Shown here: one piece after another, positions 16,801-25,952 of the stretch | How positions within the stretch are numbered: position 1 is the stretch's first letter | Layout: every line of letters starts with the position of its first letter | Assembly (NCBI RefSeq): GCF_002310835.1 | Contig: NZ_CP011041.1 | Coordinates: 2,730,001-2,762,000 of the forward strand | Origin: Pseudoalteromonas tetraodonis | GTDB taxonomy: Bacteria > Pseudomonadota > Gammaproteobacteria > Enterobacterales > Alteromonadaceae | DNA length: 32,000 nt | Reading direction: 5' to 3' | Program-made: the position numbers and the translations under genes | Notes under the pieces: model-generated | The model's input: the letters and a program-made list of their open reading frames with translations, nothing else | What the model was told of the DNA's origin: nothing | Databases searched by the model: none

Positions 16801-18141
16801 ATGTCGCTTGCTGTATTATTAATGTTGGCATTATTTGTCGGTTTGCTGTTCGCGATTTATCTTTTTTCGCAAAAAAGCAGCTCTTTATCTCGTACCGTTT
16901 TATTTGGCTTAGTGCTTGGTAGCACCTTTGGCTTAGCCCTACAGTTTTTGTTTGCCCACTCTCCAGAGACGATTAAAGAAATACTCAGCTGGGTAAGCGT
17001 GGTGGGTAAAGGCTATGTCGGTTTATTAAAAATGATCATCATGCCATTGGTATTAATTTTTATGATTGCCGCAGTGGTAAAGCTCGAAAACCAAGGCTCT
17101 TTAGGTAAAATATCATTTATTAGTATTTCTGTTTTACTCTTTACCACAGCAATTGCCGCTTTGGTGGGTATTGCTGTCACCTATGGATTTGACCTCAGTA
17201 TTGAAGGGCTTGTTTCGGGTACCCGAGAAGCCGCTCGAATGGACACCCTACAAAGCAAAGCTGCGAATGTAGCCGACTTAAGCGTGCCGCAAATGCTACT
17301 GAGCTTTATTCCTGAAAATCCCTTTGCTGATTTAAGTAATCAACGTTCAACCTCTATTATTGCCACGGTTATATTTGGTGTCCTTGTTGGTATAGCTGCA
17401 CGTAAAGTAATGCTGGAAAAAACAGAACTTGCCAGCCCAATTCGTAACGGTGTAAACGCCCTACAAGCTACGGTAATGAGCTTAGTTCGCATGGTGATTG
17501 CACTAACGCCTTATGGTGTTGCGGGCCTAATGGCAAGCGTCGTGGCAAACTCTAGCAGTAACGATATTTTAAATTTACTTGCCTTTATTGTTGCCTCGTA
17601 TGTAGCTATTTTATTGATGTTTGTTGTGCATGGCTTATTGCTTAGCTTTGTGGGTGTAAATCCAAAGCATTATTTTGAAAAAATCTGGCCAGTACTGACC
17701 TTTGCATTTAGCTCACGTAGCTCAGCGGCCTCCATTCCTATGAATGTCGATGTGCAAATTAACCAGTTAAAAGTACCTCCGGCAATTGCAAACTTATCGG
17801 CTTCTTTTGGTGCCACTATTGGTCAAAACGGCTGTGCTGGTATTTATCCTGCGATGCTCGCAATGATGGTTGCGCCAAGTGTGGGGATAGACCCACTTAC
17901 ATTTGAGTTTATTTTACCGCTAATTGGCATTGTGGTTATTAGCTCGTTTGGTATTGCAGGTGTTGGTGGTGGTGCTACCTTCGCAGCGTTGGTTGTATTG
18001 CCTACCATGGGATTACCTATAGAGGTTGTGGCTTTACTTATTTCTATTGAACCCTTAATAGATATGGCACGCACAGCACTCAACGTATCGGGCTCTATGA
18101 CCTCAGGTGTGATCACCAGTAAATTAATGAAAAATCAATAA
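16801..18141 (+). CDS. Dicarboxylate/amino acid:cation symporter (DAACS) family transporter
   Basis: 446 aa and polytopic; SD agaggg upstream. Family motifs 'FSSRSSAASIPMN' and 'GIAGVGGGATFAAL...' are present. Substrate cannot be assigned from sequence (YdjN/TcyP-like is possible). Confidence 0.8.
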   Translation: MSLAVLLMLALFVGLLFAIYLFSQKSSSLSRTVLFGLVLGSTFGLALQFLFAHSPETIKEILSWVSVVGKGYVGLLKMIIMPLVLIFMIAAVVKLENQGSLGKISFISISVLLFTTAIAALVGIAVTYGFDLSIEGLVSGTREAARMDTLQSKAANVADLSVPQMLLSFIPENPFADLSNQRSTSIIATVIFGVLVGIAARKVMLEKTELASPIRNGVNALQATVMSLVRMVIALTPYGVAGLMASVVANSSSNDILNLLAFIVASYVAILLMFVVHGLLLSFVGVNPKHYFEKIWPVLTFAFSSRSSAASIPMNVDVQINQLKVPPAIANLSASFGATIGQNGCAGIYPAMLAMMVAPSVGIDPLTFEFILPLIGIVVISSFGIAGVGGGATFAALVVLPTMGLPIEVVALLISIEPLIDMARTALNVSGSMTSGVITSKLMKNQ

Positions 18142-18159
18142 CACAGATTTTAATCTAAT

Positions 18160-18185
18160 AGCCCAGCCTACGCTGGGCTTTTTTA
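18160..18185 (+). terminator. Rho-independent terminator of the DAACS transporter gene
   Basis: Stem agcccagc (18160-18167) / gctgggct (18172-18179), loop ctac, then TTTTT. Confidence 0.85.
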
Positions 18186-18456
18186 TGTCTGCCACTTTCA
18201 AAGCTCTTTAGTGATTTGTTTATTTAATCATTTAACTTTAATAAATCATTTTTATAGATTGTATCAATCGGTTTATTTCGCACACGGTTTTTAGCCCCTC
18301 TACTATACTATTCGCACTGCTTAGTCATTCAAGCTTTGTAAACAACAACTTGAATGGAGTAAAAGCTCACTAATTTTTAAATTATTAGATTCTATTTTTA
18401 ATAATAGTAATACGCTTTGTATATAACGAAATTCGTTAACTTTAAGGAAGCTGACA

Positions 18457-20724
18457 ATGAAAAACCGATCATTTACTAAAAAAGCACTTGTTGGATTTAT
18501 AAGTATGGCACTTATGTCTGGCTCTGCTTTTAGCCAAGAAAAACCACAAATGTCTAAGCCACAAGGTGCTGTTGGCATGGGTGAGGCAAAAATGGGTGCA
18601 ACCAGAACCAACCAATTTTGGTGGCCAGATCAACTTAACCTATCTCCTCTTCGCGATCATGATCTACGTTCAAACCCTTACGGTAGTGACTTTAATTATG
18701 CAGAGGCATTTAACAGCCTAGATTTAGACACTGTAAAAAGTGATATCGACGCTCTGCTAACCCAATCTCAAGATTGGTGGCCGGCAGATTTTGGTAACTA
18801 TGGCCCATTTTTTATTCGTATGACTTGGCACAGTGCAGGTACCTATCGTACGCTTGATGGCCGTGGTGGCGCTGGCGGTGGTCAACAACGTTTTGAACCG
18901 CTTAATAGCTGGCCAGATAACGTAAGCTTGGATAAAGCGCGCCGTTTACTTTGGCCAATTAAACAAAAATACGGTGAAGCCCTTTCATGGTCAGACTTAA
19001 TCGTATTAGCCGGTAATGTTGCCTTAGAAAACATGGGGTTTGAAACCTATGGTTTTGCTGGTGGTCGTACTGACGATTGGGAACCAGACATGGTTTACTG
19101 GGGTCCTGAAGTAGAAATGCTTGCCAGCGACCGTGAAGATGCCAGCGGCAAACTAGAACGCCCGCTAGGTGCAACTCACATGGGTTTAATTTATGTAAAC
19201 CCAGAAGGGCCTAAAGGAGTACCTGATCCTATTGGCTCAGCTAAGAACATTCGCGTTGCGTTTTCTCGCATGGCGATGAACGATGAAGAAACCCTAGCAC
19301 TTATCGCCGGTGGTCACACCTTTGGTAAAATGCATGGTGCGCACAAACCTAAAGACTGTGTGGGTGCAGAGCCTGCTGCAGCAGGTATTGAAGAGCAAGG
19401 TTTAGGCTGGAAAAACAAATGTGGTAAAGGTCACTCTGAAGATACTGTATCTAGTGGTTTAGAAGGCGCATGGACACAAGCACCTACTCGCTGGTCATCA
19501 CTGTACTTAAGCAACCTACTTAACTTTGAGTGGAAACAAACTCGCAGTCCTGCTGGCGCTATTCAGTGGATCCCAACAGATGAATCATTACATAAGTCAG
19601 TACCTGATGCGCACGTCAAAGGTAAATTTAACCCACCGGTAATGACCACTGCCGATTTAGCGTTAAAATTTGATCCTGAATATCGCAAAATTGCTGAACG
19701 CTTTTTAAATGACCCTAAAGAGTATCAACTAGCCTTTGCTAAAGCCTGGTACAAATTAACTCACCGAGATATGGGACCACCACGTAACTTTTTAGGTAAA
19801 GAAGTACCAAAAGAAGACTTAATTTGGCAAGACCCTATTTCAGCAGAGACTAAATCAAACATTGATGCTGGTGCAGTAAAAGAGCTGAAAGCTGCTATTT
19901 TAGACTCGAACCTAAGTGTACCTGAGTTAGTACGTGTGGCATGGGCATCGGCTGCCAGTTACCGTGATTCAGATATGCGCGGCGGAGCCAATGGCGCACG
20001 TATTGCGCTAGCACCACAAAAAGATTGGGCAGTAAATAATCCAGCAGAAACCACAAAGGTACTTAAAGTATTAAAAGCGATTCAAGCTGACTTTAACGAC
20101 AGCTTATTTAGCAAAAGCCATGTATCGCTTGCTGATTTAATTGTACTTGGTGGTAATGCAGCGATTGAAAAAGCAGCCAAAGATGCAGGCTACTCAGTAG
20201 ACGTGCCGTTTAATGCTGGCCGTGGCGATGCTACACAAGCACAAACTGATGTTAATGCATTTAGCTTATTAGAGTTGCCTGCCGATGGTTTTAGAAACTA
20301 TTTTGATGCAGAGAAAAGCTATAAATCACCAACAGAAATGCTGATTGATAAAGCGGATCAGCTAGACCTAACAGTCCCTGAAATGACTGTATTAGTCGGT
20401 GGCTTACGCTCACTTGATGCAAACTATAAAGGCACTGACTACGGCGTATTTACTGATAAGCCAGGCACTCTAAATAACGACTTCTTTGTTAATTTATTAG
20501 ATATGTCGACGGTTTGGAAAAAGTCATCAGATGCGGGGATTTATCAAGGCTTTGATCGTCAATCAGGTGAGCAAAAGTACACAGCCACTTCAGTTGATCT
20601 GATTTTTGGTTCAAATTCAGAGCTGCGTGCAGTTGCTGAGGTGTATGCCTTTGATACATCAAAGCAAAAGTTTGTAGAAGACTTTGTTGCGGCATGGACT
20701 AAAGTAATGAACTTAGACCGTTAA
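18457..20724 (+). CDS. katG: Catalase-peroxidase KatG with an N-terminal Sec-type signal peptide (predicted periplasmic)
   Basis: 755 aa; SD aaggaag upstream. KatG signatures '[13 protein letters not shown]', '[10 protein letters not shown]' and '[11 protein letters not shown]'. The N-terminus '[28 protein letters not shown]' has an n-h-c signal peptide layout. Confidence 0.95.
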   Translation: MKNRSFTKKALVGFISMALMSGSAFSQEKPQMSKPQGAVGMGEAKMGATRTNQFWWPDQLNLSPLRDHDLRSNPYGSDFNYAEAFNSLDLDTVKSDIDALLTQSQDWWPADFGNYGPFFIRMTWHSAGTYRTLDGRGGAGGGQQRFEPLNSWPDNVSLDKARRLLWPIKQKYGEALSWSDLIVLAGNVALENMGFETYGFAGGRTDDWEPDMVYWGPEVEMLASDREDASGKLERPLGATHMGLIYVNPEGPKGVPDPIGSAKNIRVAFSRMAMNDEETLALIAGGHTFGKMHGAHKPKDCVGAEPAAAGIEEQGLGWKNKCGKGHSEDTVSSGLEGAWTQAPTRWSSLYLSNLLNFEWKQTRSPAGAIQWIPTDESLHKSVPDAHVKGKFNPPVMTTADLALKFDPEYRKIAERFLNDPKEYQLAFAKAWYKLTHRDMGPPRNFLGKEVPKEDLIWQDPISAETKSNIDAGAVKELKAAILDSNLSVPELVRVAWASAASYRDSDMRGGANGARIALAPQKDWAVNNPAETTKVLKVLKAIQADFNDSLFSKSHVSLADLIVLGGNAAIEKAAKDAGYSVDVPFNAGRGDATQAQTDVNAFSLLELPADGFRNYFDAEKSYKSPTEMLIDKADQLDLTVPEMTVLVGGLRSLDANYKGTDYGVFTDKPGTLNNDFFVNLLDMSTVWKKSSDAGIYQGFDRQSGEQKYTATSVDLIFGSNSELRAVAEVYAFDTSKQKFVEDFVAAWTKVMNLDR

Positions 20725-20747
20725 TAACCATTAAGTAATACAACCAT

Positions 20748-20776
20748 AGCGCTGCAATTAATTGCAGCGCTTTTTT
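20748..20776 (+). terminator. Rho-independent terminator of katG (shared hairpin with the convergent gene)
   Basis: Perfect palindrome agcgctgcaatt/aattgcagcgct (20748-20771), followed by a T-tract to 20776. Confidence 0.85.
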
Positions 20777-20782
20777 ATTAAG

Positions 20783-22663
20783 CTACTTTAAAGCAACCAC
20801 TCGCTCGCGCAAATCATTGGCATTAACCTTCTGTGCAGCCACCATTTCACCAATAGTCACACTGACCAACGACCACTTTGGTCTAGGCAATCGCCACTTT
20901 GTTTTTCGACTAAACATACTGCCCCATAGTCCATCTAAATGAACAGGAATAACAGGCACCGGTGTGCGCTGAATTATTTTTTCAATGCCACGGCGAAATA
21001 CATCAACTTCGCCATCTCCACTGAGCTTGCCTTCAGGAAAAATTCCCACCAGCTCTCCACGCTCTAGTGCCTGAGCGATATCGTCAAAGGCTTTATTAAA
21101 CGCCTTAGGATTTGCTTTTTCGCTATCAATTGGAATGGCTTTGGCCATTTTAAACAACCAATTAAGTGCTGGTGAATAATAAATAGGGGCAAACACGACA
21201 AACCGAATTGGCCTAGGTGACGCGGCTAAAATAAACATCCAATCAACAAAGCTAACATGGTTACTCACCACCACGGCAGCCCCATCATCGGGCATATTAA
21301 GCGTTCCCTTAGTGCGTACTCGGTACATGCAAATCGCTAGAATATAAATAATAAAACGTAAGAAAAACTCAGGCACTTTGCTATATATGTACAGCGATAT
21401 CAGTAAATTAAGCCCTGCTAATAACAACAGTAATTGTGAAATCTCCCAGTGTAAAAGCGTTAGGGTAACAATACTTAAAACAGCGCTGCCCACCATAAAT
21501 AAGGCGTTTAGTACATTATTGGCAGCAATCACTCGTGAACGGCTATCTGGGTGAGTACGCTGCTGAATAAGTGCATACAGTGGCACCGTATAAAAACCCG
21601 CCGCTATACCAATACCAGCCATCCAAATAAAGTGCCAGAGCATATCGCCGGTATTAATCACTTGTTCAAGGGTAAGCAGCGATTCATTAGTTTGGCGATA
21701 AAACTCAATGCTTGGCTCTTGGCTTAATAAATATAAAAACAAGCTAATTAAAAGCGCCCCAAAAGGCACAATGCCTAACTCAATACGTGAGCGCGATAGC
21801 TTCTCACAAAGTAAAGACCCCAATGCAATACTCAACGAAAACACCACTAAAGCTGAGGTAACCACCAGCTCATCGCCTCCCATTACATGTTTTACATAGT
21901 TAGGAAGCGCGGTTAATATCACTGCACCAATCAGCCAAAACCAGCTGATCCCCAATACTGATTTACCCACTGACTCGGTTTGTGTGTTAAGCACATTAAA
22001 TACACTTTTGGTCGAGGAAATAGGATTAAGCGATACCTTTAAATTAGCATCATTCGCGGCACTTTTTGGTATAAAACGACTACTCAAATAACCAATAACC
22101 GCCAAGCTCACTATCGCGATACTGATATAAACAGGGCCTGCAACTTGGGTTATATAATAAGTGCCAAATACGGTGCCCAATAAAATAGCCACAAAGGTGC
22201 CAGATTCAACTAACCCATTAGCTTTGGTTAATTCATGAGGAGCCACATGCTGCGGTAAAATAGAGTATTTAAGTGGCCCAAAAAAAGTGCTTTGTAAACC
22301 CATTAAAAACACAGTACCCAACATTAACCAAACCTGCTCGGTTAAAATAGATACCACGCCCACCAGCATTATTGGAATTTCGCAAAACTTTACGATGCTG
22401 ATCAACTTTGATTTTTCCAACTTTTCTGCAATTTGACCAGCCATGCCCGAAAATAAAAAGAATGGCAAAATAAATAATCCCGCAGCCACGTTAGAATAAA
22501 AAGCACCATCGGCCACCGTAGCAGCCTGAAAAATTAAAATAAGGAGGATTGATTGCTTGTAAACATTGTCATTTAAAGCGGAGAAAAACTGTGTCACAAA
22601 CAGAGGTAAAAACCGTTTACTGCTCAGTAAAGCTCCTTGATATTGTTGTTTATTTTCCTTCAT
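20783..22663 (-). CDS. Fusion protein: LplT-like MFS lysophospholipid transporter + Aas/PlsC-type acyltransferase domain
   Basis: 626 aa. The N-terminal ~430 aa are polytopic and collinear with E. coli LplT as I recall it ('FVTQFFSALNDNVYK', 'PLKYSILPQHV...LTKANGLVESGTFVAILLGTV', 'VPLYALIQQR'). The C-terminal domain has the acyltransferase HX4D motif 'NHVSFVD' and 'GIFPEGKLS'. There is no adenylate-forming (acyl-ACP synthetase) domain. Confidence 0.8.
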   Translation of the reverse strand: MKENKQQYQGALLSSKRFLPLFVTQFFSALNDNVYKQSILLILIFQAATVADGAFYSNVAAGLFILPFFLFSGMAGQIAEKLEKSKLISIVKFCEIPIMLVGVVSILTEQVWLMLGTVFLMGLQSTFFGPLKYSILPQHVAPHELTKANGLVESGTFVAILLGTVFGTYYITQVAGPVYISIAIVSLAVIGYLSSRFIPKSAANDANLKVSLNPISSTKSVFNVLNTQTESVGKSVLGISWFWLIGAVILTALPNYVKHVMGGDELVVTSALVVFSLSIALGSLLCEKLSRSRIELGIVPFGALLISLFLYLLSQEPSIEFYRQTNESLLTLEQVINTGDMLWHFIWMAGIGIAAGFYTVPLYALIQQRTHPDSRSRVIAANNVLNALFMVGSAVLSIVTLTLLHWEISQLLLLLAGLNLLISLYIYSKVPEFFLRFIIYILAICMYRVRTKGTLNMPDDGAAVVVSNHVSFVDWMFILAASPRPIRFVVFAPIYYSPALNWLFKMAKAIPIDSEKANPKAFNKAFDDIAQALERGELVGIFPEGKLSGDGEVDVFRRGIEKIIQRTPVPVIPVHLDGLWGSMFSRKTKWRLPRPKWSLVSVTIGEMVAAQKVNANDLRERVVALK

Positions 22664-22889
22664 TACGGTCTCTTAAAATTAGCTACAGCGTTTAGATTAC
22701 CACTGTGTAAAAGAAATACGAACCCACTTTTTTAAGTACGTGCTCAAAAATATACCTAATCGCTAACACGCAATAAAAATGATTAACAAATGAACAATGC
22801 AACTAAATCTTGCGTATAAGTTGTTTATGAGTTGTAAATAAAACATCTATGTTCTAAAACTAAAAGGTGACTAAAAAAGGAGCATCTTT

Positions 22890-23669
22890 ATGCCAACTAC
22901 AAACACAATAGAAAAAGACACCAAATTCGCACGTTGTTTAGAGTGCAACAAAGTAAATACATTTGCCGCTTTTCATTGGCTTTCGTTAGCGTTTAAGGAT
23001 ATGGCGCGCGCGCCCATGCTGAGCTTAATTTACGGTTTAATCTTCACACTTATTCCCGTAGCGATTGTTTACTCTGTTGTACTTACCGACAGCCACCTTG
23101 CCATACTGCCAGCCACGGTTGCATTTGCCTTAATAGGTCCTGTGTTTGCGGTTGGTTTGTACGATGTGGCTTGGGAGCTTGAAAAAGGCCATAAACCTAC
23201 TTTAAGCCATTCATTAAAATCGATGTTTCGTAACCCTGTAGGTGAGTGGGGTTTTGCCGTGTTACTTATGGTAATTATGGTTATTTGGATGCGCTTAGCT
23301 GCAATTGTTCATGCATTGTACCCAAGCCATGCAAACCCAACATTTGAAGAGCTTTCGGCGTTTTTAACCATAGGCAGTATTATTGGCGGTATTTTACTGG
23401 TTAGTGTGTTTTCAATTTCGGCATTTACCCCGCAAATTATGATGGAAAGACGCGTTGATATAATGACTGCCGTGGTTTCTTCAATACATGCAGTTAAAGA
23501 AAACTTTGCAGCCATGCTGGTGTGGTCTATTTGTATATTTGTACTTGTGGCACTGGGCTTTGCTGCGGGTGCCGCTGGATTCATTATTATTATGCCACTA
23601 CTTAGTTACGCTAGTTGGCACGGTTACATTGCGGTTATTAAAACTAAAAAAGAACGTGGTTACGAATAA
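22890..23669 (+). CDS. DUF2189-family integral membrane protein (COG5473-like)
   Basis: 259 aa; SD aaggag upstream. Polytopic. The N-terminal 'AFHWLSLAFKDMARAPMLSLIYGLIFTLIP' resembles the DUF2189 family as I remember it. Function unknown. Confidence 0.6.
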   Translation: MPTTNTIEKDTKFARCLECNKVNTFAAFHWLSLAFKDMARAPMLSLIYGLIFTLIPVAIVYSVVLTDSHLAILPATVAFALIGPVFAVGLYDVAWELEKGHKPTLSHSLKSMFRNPVGEWGFAVLLMVIMVIWMRLAAIVHALYPSHANPTFEELSAFLTIGSIIGGILLVSVFSISAFTPQIMMERRVDIMTAVVSSIHAVKENFAAMLVWSICIFVLVALGFAAGAAGFIIIMPLLSYASWHGYIAVIKTKKERGYE

Positions 23670-23691
23670 CATTCACCCATAGTCATTTTTT

Positions 23692-23731
23692 ATCACTTAA
23701 TAAAACGCTTTAGGGTGTTTTATTAAGTGAT
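23692..23731 (+). terminator. Long AT-rich hairpin downstream of the DUF2189 gene (possible terminator)
   Basis: 15-bp stem atcacttaataaaac (23692-23706) / gttttattaagtgat (23717-23731), 10-nt loop. There is no strong T-tract after it. Confidence 0.45.
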
Positions 23732-23846
23732 GCCTGTTTCCCTCCTGTGAATTAAATCTGCAAAAACCTTGATCTCAATAAGGTGCAAAGCTTAAAAAGC
23801 GCGCTAATATAATGTGATATACCACACGCTTTATAAAGGAATAAAC

Positions 23847-24266
23847 ATGAGTCAAAACGTTGCAGACTTAATGACACCTAACCCATTCTCAGTGAATATA
23901 AAAAGTACTTTGCACGACGCACATAATTTAATGAAAGAAAAAAATGTTCGTCACATTCCCGTTATCGACGAAGATGGCGCATTTGTTGGCATGCTTACGC
24001 AAAAAATTATGGTTGCCAAAGTAATGGGGATCATGGCTACTTTTGGCGCAAATGCATTACAACGCAAAGAAAAACTCACAAAAGTAGAAGATATTATGGT
24101 GAGTGACTTTATTAGTGTTACTCCAGCCCAGCCATTATCAGATGTGGTTAAGTTTTTTGTAGAGAATCGCCATGGCTGTATGCCTGTGGTTAGTGAGCAA
24201 GGTCAGCTGGTAGGTATTTTAACCTCTTCTGATTTTGTGCGCTTAGCTGCGGCGCTATTATCTTAA
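23847..24266 (+). CDS. CBS-pair domain protein (stand-alone)
   Basis: The track start is GTG at 23814. I prefer the ATG at 23847, with SD aaagga 6 nt upstream. Two CBS motifs are present ('VRHIPVIDEDGAFVGMLTQ', 'HGCMPVVSEQGQLVGILTSSDF'). Confidence 0.85.
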   Translation: MSQNVADLMTPNPFSVNIKSTLHDAHNLMKEKNVRHIPVIDEDGAFVGMLTQKIMVAKVMGIMATFGANALQRKEKLTKVEDIMVSDFISVTPAQPLSDVVKFFVENRHGCMPVVSEQGQLVGILTSSDFVRLAAALLS

Positions 24267-24287
24267 CTTAATAGCACAATAAAAAAC

Positions 24288-24324
24288 CTGCGTTTTGAAT
24301 TTACTCAAAGCGCAGCTATTTTAT
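24288..24324 (+). terminator. Rho-independent terminator of the CBS gene
   Basis: Stem ctgcgttttga (24288-24298) / tcaaagcgcag (24305-24315) with one G:U position, followed by ctATTTTAT. Confidence 0.6.
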
Positions 24325-24430
24325 AAACAAATACCTACCCAGAAGCCTCTTCGCATATAGCTAAGTCACTAACAGCCTGTTATGGTAAGCAGCTCTTTTC
24401 AGCAGTTATCACTAAAAGGTAATTTGTTAT

Positions 24431-24793
24431 ATGGCTAATCAATTAAATGTACTGGGAACTCGCCTACAACTATGTTGTGGCAATGGCGGCTATACTCGCG
24501 AAGGGTTTTGCTATGTGCCAGATTCAGACTTTGGTAATCACAGTGTGTGCGCCATTATGACCGACGAATTTTTGCAATTTTCTAAGGCGCAAGGTAACGA
24601 TTTAATTAGCCCTAATCCTTTATATGATTTTGCAGGCTTAAAAGCTGGCGATAAATGGTGCTTATGTGCGATTCGTTGGTATCATGCCATTGCTGCAAAT
24701 GTTGCTCCTCCTGTTGTACTTGAAGCAACAAACCAAAAAGCGCTAGATATTATTCCCCTTGAAATATTAAAAGCACATCAATATACCGGGTAA
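24431..24793 (+). CDS. DUF2237 family protein (small Cys-rich cytoplasmic protein)
   Basis: 120 aa. 'NVLGTRLQLCC...GYTREGFC...GNHSVCAIMTDEFLQFSKAQGNDL...GLKAGDKWCLCAIRW' matches the conserved DUF2237 pattern as I recall it. Confidence 0.75.
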   Translation: MANQLNVLGTRLQLCCGNGGYTREGFCYVPDSDFGNHSVCAIMTDEFLQFSKAQGNDLISPNPLYDFAGLKAGDKWCLCAIRWYHAIAANVAPPVVLEATNQKALDIIPLEILKAHQYTG

Positions 24794-24826
24794 TGATTTG
24801 AGCGCTCAGCTTGCAATATTAAAGTA

Positions 24827-25783
24827 TTATAACCACCCTTTATGTTTAAAAAATAAATAAGGGGCAAAGCCCGACAGCAACATAATGCCAATTGCAAATG
24901 GATAACCCCATTCCCATTGTAGCTCAGGCATTATATTAAAATTCATACCATAAACACTAGCCACTACTGTAGGCGGTAAGAAAACCACTGAGGCAATAGA
25001 AAAGGTTTTAATAATTTGATTTTGTTCAATATTAATAAAGCCTTGTGTTGAATCCATCAAAAAGTTCACCTTGTCGAACAAAAAGGTACAGTGCGACATT
25101 AAAGTTTCTATATCGAGTACAATTTCTCGAAGAGATTCGCGCTCGTCATTTTGCGCGCCTATACGGCGTATTAAAAACGAAATATTGCGTCGCGTATCCA
25201 TTAAACATAAACGCACTTTACCATTAGCATCTTCTAAGCGAGCTATGCGACCAACCGCCTCTTCTAAGTCTGAGTTATCTTCTTCAAGTACATAAGCACT
25301 GAGCTTCTCTAATTGATGATGCATGTCTTCGAGCATATCCGCGTGGTTTTCAACTTTTTGATCAAATAAAGTGATTAATAATTGTTTTGCTGTATCGCAT
25401 GCCACCTGACCTTTGCGCGCTCTTAAGCGCAGTAGTCTAAAATCAGCCAATTCCTCATCACGAATAGTAAGTAAGCAATTGTTTTGCAACAAACAAGCTA
25501 CCGTTACAGTATTAAATCGCCCTTCATTAGGTGACATAAACAATGCATGCACATGTAAACCTTCATTATCGATAAAGCACCTTGACGACGTTTCAATCTC
25601 TTCTACATCTACCGAATCTGGAAAAGTTATATTGAGCGTTTTTGCAAGCGCATTTTGCTCCTGCGGTGTTGGATTAATAGTATCAATCCAATGTGCATTC
25701 TTTATGGATACTTCAACAGGGGTATCAGGTAAAGGCGCTAACTCTTTGATCACTCCTTGCTCGATGGAAAAAAACCTCAACAT
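24827..25783 (-). CDS. corA: Magnesium/cobalt transporter CorA
   Basis: 318 aa; SD aaggag upstream. Collinear with E. coli CorA, including 'VRLCLMDTRR', 'FINIEQNQIIKTFSIASVVFLPPTVVASVYGMNFNIMPELQW' (GMN motif) and the C-terminal 'FKHKGWL'. Confidence 0.92.
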   Translation of the reverse strand: MLRFFSIEQGVIKELAPLPDTPVEVSIKNAHWIDTINPTPQEQNALAKTLNITFPDSVDVEEIETSSRCFIDNEGLHVHALFMSPNEGRFNTVTVACLLQNNCLLTIRDEELADFRLLRLRARKGQVACDTAKQLLITLFDQKVENHADMLEDMHHQLEKLSAYVLEEDNSDLEEAVGRIARLEDANGKVRLCLMDTRRNISFLIRRIGAQNDERESLREIVLDIETLMSHCTFLFDKVNFLMDSTQGFINIEQNQIIKTFSIASVVFLPPTVVASVYGMNFNIMPELQWEWGYPFAIGIMLLSGFAPYLFFKHKGWL

Positions 25784-25921
25784 ACACTTCTCCTTTAATG
25801 AATCTTTAAGTTGAGTATATGTAACAGGACATTAATCAACAATGATAATACCTTCATTATAACCACTATAAAGGGCACGCTATTCGCTAACACTTTAAAG
25901 TACTGCTGTTTTGCAGAATTT

Positions 25922-25952
25922 ACAAAAAAGTGCATATTTTTCATATGCACTT
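25922..25952 (-). terminator. Orphan terminator-like palindrome in the corA-dps intergenic region (minus-strand orientation)
   Basis: Perfect 10-bp inverted repeat aagtgcatat (25928-25937) / atatgcactt (25943-25952) with a 5-nt spacer. On the minus strand the hairpin is followed by TTTTTTG (25927-25921). No annotated minus-strand gene ends here. Confidence 0.35.

Noticed and set aside
18392-18407. CTAT-N8-ATAG upstream of katG, considered as an OxyR box
   Set aside because: Its orientation and spacing are inverted relative to the ATAG-N7-CTAT OxyR half-site arrangement, and only one such unit is present. It is kept only as a note within the katG finding.
18321-18611. 96-aa minus-strand ORF spanning the katG promoter and 5' end
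   Set aside because: It overlaps the katG signal-peptide region in antisense, has no SD, and reads as low-complexity sequence. The region is better explained as katG regulatory DNA.
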